Shown here: one piece after another, positions 37,825 to 52,781 of the stretch
How the letters are laid out: each line of letters opens with the position of its first letter
How positions within the stretch are numbered: the stretch's first letter is position 1
NCBI RefSeq assembly: GCF_009914755.1
Contig: NC_060930.1
From: the human T2T-CHM13v2.0 reference genome, Homo sapiens
DNA length: 64,000 nt
Reading direction: 5' to 3' (one strand)
Position numbers and translations under genes: made by a program
Notes under the pieces: model-generated
Databases searched by the model: none
What the model was told of the DNA's origin: nothing
The model's input: the letters and a program-made list of their open reading frames with translations, nothing else

Positions 37825-38330
37825 TTTATCAGTCAGGATGCTTTCACCTAAAAATAATGAAAAGCCCAACTCACATCAATTGAAACAATAAAGAAATATA
37901 TCGATGTATTTAACTAGAACACAAAAAGTAAGGCAGGTTCATGACTGGTTGTTCCAGGGCTTAACAGGCTCCTGTGACCTCAACATCAGCTTTGTCCTAA
38001 GGTGCAAATTCCTTGTAGTCATAGGATGGCTTTCAGTAGCAGCTGGAGCTATATGGTTCCTCCCTTACTTCTAGCAGAAGATGATCATTTCAGGAAGCTT
38101 TCCCATCAAAGCAAAAAGGACATTTCCTAAGGGACTATGAAAGTGGCTCCTTGCATTCCTTATGCCCAGATTGTGTCCATGCCAATTCCTAAACCAGTCA
38201 CTATCTAGGCAGTGGAAATTATCCATAGGCCAATCAAATCTCCCTTTGGAGTGAGGGACCGGAAGGCTTTCCCTGAAGCAAGCGGGTAAGGGGTGGATTC
38301 TGGAATCAAACTGACTTCCACTCAGAAGGG
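37825..38330 (-). mobile_element. Old MLT1-type MaLR LTR
   Basis: tcagtcaggatgctttca...aaaagcccaactca...ggatggctttcagtagc. Confidence 0.55.
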
Positions 38331-38402
38331 AGAAAGGCAAAGGAATGATGAACAGGCAAGCACCAATGTAAACCACAATCACCATCCTGGATTCACTTTA
38401 CT

Positions 38403-38925
<523 letters not shown>

Positions 38926-39234
38926 TGATGATCATTTCTCATAAGAAAATCTCGCAGGAATTTTCTACCAGAGACTTAAAAGTATGCAGCCCATCCTTCT
39001 CCCAAGCTGCTAGATTTGGGTCTGAGAGTCTCCTGATATTGCTCTTGCCAACTCTTAATTTACAGGGGATTCAAATAATTTGTTTTCAACTTTGCTGAAT
39101 TTGAGAAAGCTTTACTGATGAGCTTTAGATCGTCTTTTCAATTCTACCAATATTATTTATTCATGCTTCCAGTCTTTGATCCGCTTATTTTTAATATCAA
39201 GTGATATTTTATTATATCCGTATTCCTTTCCATA

Positions 39235-39525
39235 AATTTGATTTTGCAGTCATAAGAAATAAAAACGAGAGATCTCATGTTTCCTTTACCCACTTTCCCC
39301 AGTGGCAACATTTGCAAAACTGTATTAACAAAAATCACAAGGATATTGACCTCGACTCAGTCAAGAGATAGAACATTTCCATCACCACAAGGATCACTCG
39401 TGTTGCCCTTTTAAAATTATTTTTTATCTTTTATTGTGCTTTAAAAACACATAAAATTTACCATTTTACCATTTGTAAGTGTACGGTTCAGTAGTGTTAA
39501 GTATATTCACATTGCTGTGAAACTA
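39235..39525 (-). mobile_element. L1M (L1MD/MB-like) 3' fragments
   Basis: agaacatttccatcaccacaagga; gtacggttcagtagtgttaagtatattcacattg. Confidence 0.65.
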
Positions 39526-39937
39526 TCTTTACTCTTAATTGCTCCAATCTTTGGTAAATACACCGCATTTACTCTTCATCTTGCCCTGTATACAAGATAC
39601 AGTGGTAGGGTGGGCAGAACACAAGTAATGTTTAAGGTGGGAGGGGAAAAACATATGTACATGTGAAAAAATAACGAAATTGACAGTATATTTCTCAAAA
39701 GATAAATGACAGAATAGACAATTCTGCCATCTCATTCCTCCTTCCTTTTCTTTCATCCCCTCTGCTTCTTTTTTTTTGTAAAATTGATTACCTCTGATGA
39801 AATTTCACGGTGAGTTTTCTAATTAATCACAGTTCACTAGGAACTATTTTTCCCCACCTGCCATGAAATTTATTAAAACCAGGACAAAGATTTTTCCTTA
39901 AGAGGCTTCATCCATCTTACGGTATTGCTTTGGTCTG

Positions 39938-39956
39938 TGTCCAGCAGGTGGCACCA
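39938..39956 (+). promoter_or_regulatory. Candidate CTCF site
   Basis: tgtCCAGCAGGTGGCACca matches the CTCF core consensus. Confidence 0.6.
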
Positions 39957-41106
39957 AAGGATAGTGAATAGAAATCAGTAAGCATCTTGATGGTGAATAG
40001 ACTCAAAATTTGTGGGGGTTTATGGCACTTTGAGTCTTTCTACTTGATTGCATAATGATCAAAACTTTGCTTAGTCTATCCACTGAATATTTTAGCTCCT
40101 GGATCACTGTTACATTCTTCAACACATCTCTTGTCCTAATTTTTGGTGATGTTAATATCCATGTGGGTAATGCTTCCCAAGTCCTTCTCTCTGAGTTCCT
40201 TGACATCTTCTCCTCTAGTGATCTCTAAAGTGCCACCCTGTGCAACTGATCTCACAGTAAATTCATGGTTACTAATATCCAGGCAGCGGCTCTTAATGAG
40301 GCCAGGAATCCGCACCTGCCTTCTTGGATGTGGAGGACCTATCCATGCCCCCAGCTAAAGCCCATCCTATCTCAGCTACTCAAGGATGTCAGTCCTACAG
40401 GTCTCTCATGTTATCAACATCTCCTCTACAGAAACTTTCCCAGCTTCATGTAATTGTGTTCTTCTTTCTTTGTGAATACCTGGAGGCCCCTTAACACCTG
40501 GTTTCCTTCTTATCCACACTTCCCACTCCAGGAACCACCCCTCCTCCTCCCCATTTCTTTCCTTCCTTTTACAGTCAAGTAAAAGGAAGAAAAAAGTTGT
40601 CTATACTCATTTTTTTTCTCCTGCTTATTCTCCTTTTAACCCATTTTAGTAATAGCATCACCCCCACCATTCCACTCAAACTGTTCTTGTTAAGGTCAAG
40701 GCTCACTGACTCTATTGGACAACTCTCAAGTCTTATTGTACTTGATCTGTCACAGGATTTGACATGGTTGATTGTTCCCTCCTCCTCACACACTCCCTTC
40801 ACCTGCCCTCCAGAACGCCACGGTCTCCTGGGCTTCCTCCCGCCTCATTGGCTGCTCCTTCTGTTTCCCTCGTGAGTTCCTCCTCATTGCTCCGATCTCT
40901 ACACATCGGAGAGCATAGAACATTTTCCTTTGGACGTCATCTCTTTTCTAACTACATATTCATCTTCGATGGTCACATTCAGTCTGATGGATAAAACACC
41001 ATTCATATGCAGAAAACCCCCAAATTTTACATCCAATGAAAACATCTTCCTTAAGTCCAGGCTCCACTTGGATGTATCATCAGCCTCCAAACTCATTTTT
41101 TACAAT

Positions 41107-41109
<3 letters not shown>

Positions 41110-41147
<38 letters not shown>
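41110..41147. repeat. (CA)n microsatellite, ~19 units
   Basis: Read directly. Confidence 0.95.
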
Positions 41148-41149
<2 letters not shown>

Positions 41150-41499
41150 TTTTATTTCAATAGCTTTAGGGGTACAAGTGGTTTTTCATTACATAGATGA
41201 ATTGTATACTGGTGAAATCTGAGATTTTCATACTTCCATCACCAGTGCACATTGTACCCAATATGTCATTTTTCATTCCTCACCCCCCTCCTGTCTTCCT
41301 GCTTCTGAGTCTTCAGAGTCCACAATAACATTCTGTATGCTTTGTGTATCCATAGGTTAGCTCCTGCTTAAAACTGAGAACATGTGGTATTTGGTTTTCT
41401 ACTCCTGAGTTATTTCACTTAGAACAATACCCTTCAGCTCCATCCAAGTTGCTACAAAACACATTACTTTGCTCTTTTTTATGGCTGAGTAGTATTCCA
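41148..41499 (-). mobile_element. 5'-truncated L1PB-type 3' end
   Basis: tttcaatagctttaggggtacaagtggttttt; near-TSD cagcctccaaactcatt/cagcatcccaactcatt. Confidence 0.85.
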
Positions 41500-41882
41500 C
41501 AGCATCCCAACTCATTATGTCCCAAATGGAGCTTTCTCTGCTTCTCTTAGAGCCTTTTCTATCTCCGTGAATGCCAACTGCATCCTCCCCATAGTTCAGG
41601 CCAGAAACCTTAAAGCCATCCTTGACTCCTCTCTTTCATACGTTTTACCCAGTCTCTTAATAGATCCTGTCAGCCCTTCTTTCAAAATATATCAGAGTCC
41701 AACCACTTCTCACTACCTAAGCACTAAAATCTTGTCCAAACCACATCTGTCTCTCACTGGATTATTGAAATAGCCTTCTAGTTCATCTTTCAACTCTGCC
41801 CTTGTCTCTTTTCTGTCTACTCTGAAGACAGTAGCGAGGGAGGTCCTGTTATAAAATGATGTCGACCTAATCACTTGTCTAA

Positions 41883-42778
<896 letters not shown>

Positions 42779-43616
42779 TCCTGTTCCTAGACCACCTGTT
42801 TAAAACCACATTCTCACCCCACCCATCATTCTGTAACCTGCTTCTAGCTTTATTTTTCTCCATAGTGATGTGTATTGGTTTATTGCCTATCTTTCCCCAC
42901 CTAGAGCATAAGATCTACGTGGGCAGCAACCTGTGTTGTTTTGTTCCCTGCTGTGTCCTCAGAGCCAAGGAGGGTGCCTGGTACATGATTGATCCTCGAT
43001 ACAGACTCGTCGAGTGAATGAATAAATGAGTGATTCCTCTGCATTGGATCAGCAGTTGACTTGCACAATATTTATTGTGCACAAACATAATCTTTCATTC
43101 CTGACATACAGTGTGTTGCCCTTCCTAAGTACAAGCACAGGCAGAGCTCCAAGTCCTTGGTCAATGTTTTATTGAAAGGGAAGTTTAAAACTCAGAACAA
43201 ACCGGCTCTCATGCTTTTGTAAATCATTTACCAAAATATGTTCTACCAACAATTTCCTTTCCTTGGGCCAGCTTTTATCTGAATGTACAACACTTAATGG
43301 CATAAATTCTACAAGGCTGAACACAATGGCATGTTTTATAAAAATACCCAGCTGAGGACATAAAAACACCCTTACCTCCAGAATTATCTATAAATGTAGG
43401 TATTCCCCAGCCTACCCAGTGTTTTAGATACTTGAGAATGGACGACTGTAATTTATTTTTTGGAACTATGCTAAATTTCTCCTTTGACCACTTAAATGTA
43501 AATACTTGCATTCATCTTAATAAAAAAGAAGGACCTTGGGTCTCCATCCTCCAGATGACAGCATGTCCTACATTTTAAATGTAAAGAGTTTAAGTCATGT
43601 TTTGCTTTTTGTCAGG

Positions 43617-43970
43617 TGATATGGTTATGCCTTGTGTCCCCACCCAAATCTCATCTTGAATTGTAAGGCCTAGGTATCGAGGGAGAGATCTGGTGGGAGG
43701 TGATTGGATCATGGGAGGCTTTCCCCCATGCTGTTTCTGTGATAGTGAGTTCTCACGAGATTTGATGGTTTCTCAAGGCAGTTTTCCCTGCTCTCTCCTG
43801 CAGGTTCTTCTCTCTCCTGCCACCTTGTGAAGAACGGGCCTTCCACCATGACTGTAAGTTTCCTGAGGCCTCTCCAGCCATGCAGAACTACGAGTCAGTT
43901 AAACCTCCTTTGTCTATAATTACCCAGTCTCAGGCAATTTGTTATAGCAGTGTGAGAACGGACTAATATA
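43617..43970 (+). mobile_element. ERVL-MaLR solo LTR (THE1D/MSTA-like)
   Basis: tgatatggtt...ggactaatata; perfect 5-bp TSD tcagg. Confidence 0.9.
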
Positions 43971-44873
43971 TCAGGTGAAATAATTTGCAGTTTATTTGTT
44001 CAGAATAATGAGACCACAGCCAAACTTTTTTTGTACCAATGGGATTTAAAATGCTAAACCCTGCTTGTGGGGTTTTGTAGGGAATGTGGAAAATGGCATT
44101 AATTCCTGTGTAGAGAGCATAGTGGTGTAGGAAAATTCCTTTTGGAAATCTGCATCTTTTCCATAGTGTCCAGCTTTGAAATCAGTTTCCAGGTCCAGCT
44201 AAATGAATAGGCTTAACCCCCATCTAAAGAGTTATGCTACCTTTTCACTCTAAGTATTTTATGCTTTAAGGAAAAAGTCAAGCAACTCTTGCTTATAGAG
44301 TTGGTTCTTGACCATCCTGTCTTGCATGCGATAAATGTTTCTTTTGCACATATTCTGTGCTGGACACCATGCTAGGTCTTAAGGATGCAGAGAATACAGG
44401 GAAAACATGAGTAAAACTTAGCTTTATTTATAAGGAATCAGATCTATTAGGGAAGGAGAGAAATGTGCAAACAAGTCATCAAAATGCATTGAAATGTGTT
44501 CTAAATTAGTGTACAGAGGAGAGGAGAAAGAAACTATATTGCTGAAAGGTTCTGTGAAGGTTTCATGGAGAAAGTGACATTTTAGCAGAATCTTGACTGA
44601 TGAGTGGGAGTCTACCCAACATAGAAATAGGAGAAAAAGACTCCAGGGGGAGAATTGTATATGCAAAGACTGAAGGTGTGAACAAACATGGTATGGTGAT
44701 AGGACAGGGAAATGTCTGTGTGCCTGAACCAGAGGTGTGGAGTGAAGGAGATGTGGCTGCCTGAGCTCAAGCGCCTGTGTACCTGGCTCAGTGAGTGGGA
44801 ATTAATCTGAAACATTCAAGGGTGTTCAGCAATGGACGAATGCACTGATCTGTTTTGGGATGATCCCTCTAGT

Positions 44874-45062
44874 CCAGTTCCTCTGAAAGTGTGGCTGTGG
44901 GCCAGCAGCAGCAGCATCACCAAAGAGCTTGATAGAAATTTAAATTCTTGGCCCCAACCCCAGTCTTCAGAGTTTAAAATTCTAGGCATGGGGTCTGGAA
45001 ATCTGTTTGTAACAAGGCATCTGGATGATTCTGATGCACACTCAAGCTTGAGAACCACTACT
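44874..45062. mobile_element. MER5A
   Basis: cagttcctctgaaagtgtgg...cagcagcatcacc...ttgagaaccact. Confidence 0.8.
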
Positions 45063-45569
45063 CCAGTAACTGCTTAAAGATGAGATGGGTTAAAGGCAGA
45101 TTGAAGCTCTGTAGATTGTTCCAAATAGCTCAGACCTAGAGGGCAGGGAGAGCCAGGCACATGATTTTGGTCAGGACAGGGTGGATTAGAGCGACCTTTC
45201 TGAAAGCTCATGTTTGGCAGGAGACAAGCAAAAAATATCTAGAGCATCAGTTCTGAAATCTCATTGAGTACCAAAATTATCCAGGTGATTGTTTAAAAAT
45301 ATAACTTCTGGGTCCCATCAAGAAGTTACGAAGCTTACTAAGCAGTATCAGCACATCTGTTTGGGACTCCTCTTCCTCAGCTGTTCTTATGTCTTCTTTG
45401 AACTTTGTGGCTTTTGTGCATGGAATCTTTCTTCTTGCTAAAGTTGTTCACCCCGTTGCTCTTTTTGGTGATTTCTGGTGACTCCCACCTGCCTTCTTTA
45501 TAGAAGGATACAACCTGGGAGCCTCAGATCAGGGAGCAGCTGTCACTACACAGAGGCCCGTGGCTCTTC

Positions 45570-45725
45570 ATTGTGGACACTCACTAAATCCCATGGAGAG
45601 TTAAAAAAAAAAATACTGATGCTCAGGCTCAACCTCAAACTGAAGAAATTAGAATTCCTGGGAGTGAAGTGCTTCTAAAACGCTCTCTAGGTGATTCTAG
45701 CATGCAACTAGCACTGAGAACTGCA
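45570..45725. mobile_element. MER5-type fragment
   Basis: aaaatactgatgctcaggctc...ggtgattctagcatgca...tgagaactgc. Confidence 0.6.
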
Positions 45726-46079
45726 AACCAGTCCAACATCTTCATTTTAGTGAGACGAAGAAGTCAGAAAAAGAGAGATGCCAGGGGCAAGGAGGAGGAG
45801 TGTATCATGTAATTTGGGTCAAATAAGGGCACAGTCAACTGTATTAAAATGCTTAAAGTGGAGAAGGAAGAGTACCAAGAAAAGGTCATTAAATTTAGTA
45901 ATGAGGATGATACTGTTGGACTTCCAGGCACAAACAACAGAACAAAGCCAGCTCATAGACTCTCTCACCACTAGCCAAGACAACGAACAAAATACCGTGA
46001 ACAAACACAAAAGCCAAAAGGAAACAATAAAAATTTCCCAGTTGCAATTTAACAAGGAAAAAGGAACAACTTCTTATTA

Positions 46080-46688
<609 letters not shown>

Positions 46689-46739
46689 TCATAATACCTG
46701 CCAATTTCCGGAGAAGTAGACCAAGGGAGGATTGGCATC

Positions 46740-47103
46740 TCATATGGTTTGAGATGTTTTGCCATTCTGCTTGAACCCAGGAGGCAGAGGTTGCAGTGAG
46801 CCAAGAACAGCCACTACATTCCAGCCTGGGTGACACAGTGAGACTCTCTCAACAAATGCAAAAGAAAAAGAAAGAAAGAAAAGAGCCTGGTGTCTCTCTT
46901 GCCCCTTCTCTTGCCACGTGACACACTGGCTCTCCTTTCCTTCTGCCATAACTAAAAGCTTCCTGAGGCCTCACCAGAATCCGAGATTTGAGTGCCATGC
47001 TTATACAGCCTGTAGAACCATGAGCCAAATAAACCTCTTTTCTTTTTTAATAAATTACCCAGTCTCAGGTGTTCCTTTACAGCAACACAAATGGACAAAC
47101 ACA
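46740..47103 (+). mobile_element. MSTB-like MaLR LTR with an internal Alu right-arm fragment
   Basis: tcatatggtttg...ggacaaacaca; TSD gcatc; Alu piece at ~46768-46880. Confidence 0.8.
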
Positions 47104-47324
47104 GCATCCCTGTGAAAAAATATAGATAGGCCCCTCAGATTAGAAGCCCTTCTCTCCCTAGGGAACTTTGAAAAATGCTAGAAAGGACACCAAGGTTTCC
47201 CACCCTCCAAGACACCATGCTGGGCTGGGGTAATGAGCCTAACCTCACGCAACTTGCTGAATCAATTGGGCCCTTTGAATTTGACATAATTTCCAAGAAC
47301 TTTCTTTTCCTTATTTATGTATGT

Positions 47325-47452
47325 ATTTTTTTGTAGAGATGGGGTCTCACTATTTGCCCAGGCTGGTCTCATATTCCTGGCCTCAAGTGGTCCTCCTCTG
47401 CCTTGTCCTTCCAAAGTACTGGGATTATAGGCATGAGCTACTGTGCCTGGCC
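47325..47452 (-). mobile_element. FLAM/Alu monomer
   Basis: Left-arm Alu sequence. Confidence 0.8.
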
Positions 47453-47926
47453 TCAAAGATCTTTCAGAACTCACATCCTCCAGGCGCAGACATTAGCCCC
47501 AGCTTGGCTTCACATAAAAATAAACTAAAAGCAACACCTAGCCTTAAAACTGGAAACACACAATAAACTAACCAGTCTCAAAATACAGTAGGGAATATGT
47601 CAAGAAGAATGCATTATGCTACATGACAGCAATTAGACATCTGAGCAGAGCTGTCTATTTATGAGTAATTTCTGTCTGCTCTACAGGGATTCTAAGGCCA
47701 AAAAGAAAACTAAGCGAAAAGAAAATTAAAGGTGAAAAGAAGAGAGCATGCAAAAGGTAGACAAAGAACCACATCTGGAAGAAAACATAATCAAGAAATA
47801 ATTTCCTGTGCATGCATCATGCAACAGGGGCACTTTATTTCAAAAAATAATTGTTTTATTCCAGAAAAGTCTAACACTCTTGGAGGAAAGAGATTTGGAG
47901 GGGTGGTGAGACAGAAACCAGATCCC

Positions 47927-48374
<448 letters not shown>

Positions 48375-48454
48375 TTAATCACAAGACGGAATCATTGAGC
48401 ATATTTGTAGGAGAGAGAAAATAAGTGTCAGAAACAGTCTTATGTCTATTATTC

Positions 48455-48828
48455 TTAAAAAAAAAAAAAAGGAAATTCTGACACATGTCACTACCTGGAT
48501 GAACCTTGAAGACATTGTGCTAAGTGAAACAAGCCAGTCACAAAAAGACAAACATCATATGATTCCACTGATCTAAAGTACCCTGAGTAGTCAAATTAAT
48601 AGAGACAGAAAGTAGAAGGAGGATTGCCAGGGGCTGGGGAGGGGGAAATGGGGAGTTGTTTAATGGTACAAAGTTTCATTTTGCAAGATGAAAAGGGTTC
48701 TGGAGATCCTTTGCACAGCAATGTGAACATACTGAACACGACCGTACACTTAAAATGGCTAAGATGGTAAATTTTATGTTATATGCTTTTTACCATAATT
48801 AAAAATAAATATGTAAATAAATAAAATA
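48455..48828 (+). mobile_element. L1MB-type 3' end
   Basis: ggatgaaccttgaagacattgtgctaagtgaa...cacttaaaatggctaagatggtaaattttatg. Confidence 0.85.
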
Positions 48829-49742
48829 GAAAGTCTTAAGGTTCAAATAGCCACTTTTGTCACCTCACTCTGATGGTGGCAACTCATCTGTTCAAGGTGA
48901 TTTCCATCCTCTCTGATGGAAAGGAATCCTATTGGATCCAGCCTGACTTTGACCATATGCTGAGGCCACATTGTAGAAAATAACTTGGACTACATCATTT
49001 AAAAATAATGGTTTAATAACTTTTCATCATAAGTTACTAATAGATGACAAGTACTATACCACAACTTAATCCGTATTTATATCACTCTGTGTTAATTACC
49101 TGGTTGTGGCACAGCTCGCTGTAGAATCCAAAGGCATTGCCTATGTTCACTAGCAGGAAAATGAACCGCAGCCTCTGTATTGAGCAACAGATTTGCTTTC
49201 TCATGCATAACTGTTTGGAAGAAACCCCAAAGCTCCAGTATCCATACAAGTCCTGGAATTCTCACAGATGAATTTTCAAGATAATTCTTATTCATTTTGT
49301 AGCAATTCCCCCTCTGTACACCCATTTCCTGTTTGATTATTTTTAGCATTACTCAAGCTGGAGATTCTGATCTGTCGGTAACAAGCTCTACCCTCAACTT
49401 GCTCGTTAAGGTAGTCAGCAAGGCTCTTTAAGAACATCCAGAAATCTCAAATTAAGGGGATGAAACCCCAGGAATAGATCACCTAAAAGATGAATGGAAT
49501 GGGCTTCTCATTTCTCCTGTGTGCAATATACAGAAAGAATTTTCACTGTATTTAATTGCCTTTCCCTCTCATTGATATCTGGCTCTTTAAAGGCGTGCAA
49601 GATAGTTAGTTAAAAAAGAAAAAATGTCTGTACCCATGGCAACCTCTGATGAAAAGGACCAGCAGCTATTTCCAAGGATAGGTGCTTTAGATGAAAGACC
49701 TGAAGCTATGAGAGGCCAGCCAACATAGAAAGCAAATGTGTG

Positions 49743-50154
<412 letters not shown>

Positions 50155-50276
50155 TTACAAACAGCACTGTATCATAATGAGCATAAACATTTCTGTGAAT
50201 AACACAATTTTCATTTCTATCTATTGTCATAATTGCTGCATAATATTCCACCCAATGGATATAATGTATATTTTTA

Positions 50277-50612
50277 GGCTGGGTGTGATGGCTCATGCCT
50301 GTAATCCCAACACTTTGGGAGGCTGAGGCAGGCGGATCACTGGAGCCCAGGAGTTCAAGATCAGCCTGGGCAGCATGGAGAAACCCCATCTGTACATAAA
50401 AGATACAAAAATTAGCCAGGCATGGTGGCACACACCTGTAGTTCCAGTTACTTGGGAGGCTAAGGCAGGAGGATTGCTTGAGTCTGGGAGGCAGAGGTTG
50501 CAGTGAGCCAAGAATGCACCACTGCACTTCCAGCCTGGGTGACAGAGCAAGACTCTGTCTCAAAATACGTGTATATATGTATGTGTGTGTATATATATAT
50601 ATATATATATAA
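50277..50612 (+). mobile_element. AluJ-type with TA/TG-repeat tail
   Basis: Alu dimer followed by a dinucleotide tract. Confidence 0.88.
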
Positions 50613-51269
50613 TTTTTTTTAATTTTTCTCATGTTGTTTAATACTTTGACTGCTTCTGATATTGCACTGTTAGCAATAACCATGATGAACATCTTTTTCC
50701 AAGTAGGTTTTCCCATATTGTGAATTGTTTCCTTATAATAGACTCTCAGAAAGGAATTATGGAGTCAAAGGATAAGAACATTTTTATAGTTCTTGATCCA
50801 TGCTGCCCAATGGATTCTGTCAATTGAAGACCAATTTCACTCTATCCCTGTGAACCCTCAATATCATTAAAATAATTTTAATGTTGATTTGCACTGAAAT
50901 GATTACTACTAAAGCTAAACATTTTCCATATATTCCTTATTCATTTATGTCTCTTTTTGTGAATTATTTATGTGATAGTTTGGAAACCAATGGCAGAGAA
51001 GAAGTTAAGTTCTGAAGCTTTCTAATACCTTCAAACACTTCCTTTCACACATCTCAACTACCTGTGACTAGCAGGCCAGAAAAATTCCCATGACACTATT
51101 ATCACACCAGGCCGCTCTGCTGGGAGTTAGCACGTCCCATGTGGTTTCAGGCCAATCCAGAAGTGCCTTTGTGTTACCCACTGCCTTCTTCTGGCTGCCT
51201 GTCTGCCCTCTGGCGTCTCAGAGAGGTGATGCTGCCACTTCTGCGGCTGGATACTTGATTCCTGAAATC

Positions 51270-51432
51270 CGTGGTTCCCGACATTGATTGCATATTAGAA
51301 TCATCTGGGGAACTCTTAAAATTCCCAATACCCAGAACTTTCTATACACCAATTAAACCAGCTTTCTTGGCATCAGTGTTTGTGAAAGCTCGATTGAGGA
51401 TTCCAAGGTGCAGCCAAGGTTGAGAACCACAG
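51270..51432. mobile_element. MER5B-like
   Basis: gtggttccc...gcatattagaatcatctgggga...ggttgagaaccac. Confidence 0.75.
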
Positions 51433-51990
51433 CTTTAAATCCACAGTCATAAGGAGCACCCAACTAGGCATTCAGGATACAAAGCCCTGTGCAAGTTCAC
51501 TGCTGCCCTCGGGCAGCTCACAACCCCCGTGGTGGGGACAGAAAAAGGTTTGAATGACAAAGCACACTCTGAATGTTATAAAAGGGAGTAATCATAAATA
51601 AATAAGTATATAAACATATATATTTATAATTAAATAGTACATATATTCATAAAAAGTAAAATATAGTTATTTAAATAAATATATGTATACATTTACTTTT
51701 ATTAACTATAACTTGATCAACCAGTACCATCAACTTAAGGAAATTTTTGTGCACGCAGTTTTTATCATTAAGGGGTAAGCTATATAAAAACAGAGACTTG
51801 TTAAAAACACACAGGTAACAAACGCTGAGTTTGTGAATATCTCTGAACTTTCAGCCACTACTAACCTACAAGGTTGATTTTCCACATACGGGCGCTGATT
51901 TTTTTTAAAGGATGACCTTAAAACACTTTCAGATTCTGGCTTGCCTAAGAAATGGTTGCTTATGTTCACTATGCTATATTTACTAAGGCA

Positions 51991-51993
<3 letters not shown>

Positions 51994-52036
<43 letters not shown>
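51994..52036. repeat. (AT)n microsatellite, ~21 units
   Basis: Read directly. Confidence 0.95.
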
Positions 52037-52039
<3 letters not shown>

Positions 52040-52472
52040 TGCAGATTAGAAAAACCATTTAAAAACTAGAGATAAAAAGGGTTTTCGCTTGACTTCTCTT
52101 AAGAAATTTAACTCATTGCATTATTTCTCCCTGGGGGTACTGGAGCAGTATTTACCTATTCACCACGTGGTGCTTTGGACAAATTCGTAAATTATGGGCT
52201 TTGCCATAGTCAATGTCCCTACAACATCTCTTCTGACAAACCCAAGCCCCATTCTGTGGAAGACAAGTCTCTTCATTCAAGATCTGGATCAAAAGCATCA
52301 GAAATTGTTTTCTTACGTTTTGCTAATTGAGAATGTTAGGCCTGCTTGAATGGTATTTATAATTATAAATCCAAATACTGTCTTTAGAATTTTAAAAATC
52401 TATCTCATTATTTTACTGAATCTTAATGCATTTCCCCCCAAATTATCAAGATAATTATAGGTTTTAAAATGA

Positions 52473-52781
52473 AGCTGGGTGCCGTGGCTCATGCCTGTAA
52501 ATCCCAGCGCTTTGGGAGGTGGAGGCGGGAGGATTGCTTGAGTCTGGGAGTTTGAGACCAGCCTGGGCAACACAAGGGGGCCCTGTCTCTACTAAAATTA
52601 AAAATAAAAATTAGCCAGGCATGGTGGTGCACCCCTGTAGTCCTAGCTACAGAGAAGTTAAAGTGGGAAATGGCTTGAGTCCAGGAGTTTGAGGCTGCAG
52701 TGAGCTATGATCACGCTACTGCACTCCAGCCTGGGTCACAGAGCAAGACTGACCCTGTCTCTAAAAAAAAAAAAAAAAAAA
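52473..52781 (+). mobile_element. AluJ-type
   Basis: Alu dimer with A tail. Confidence 0.9.
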
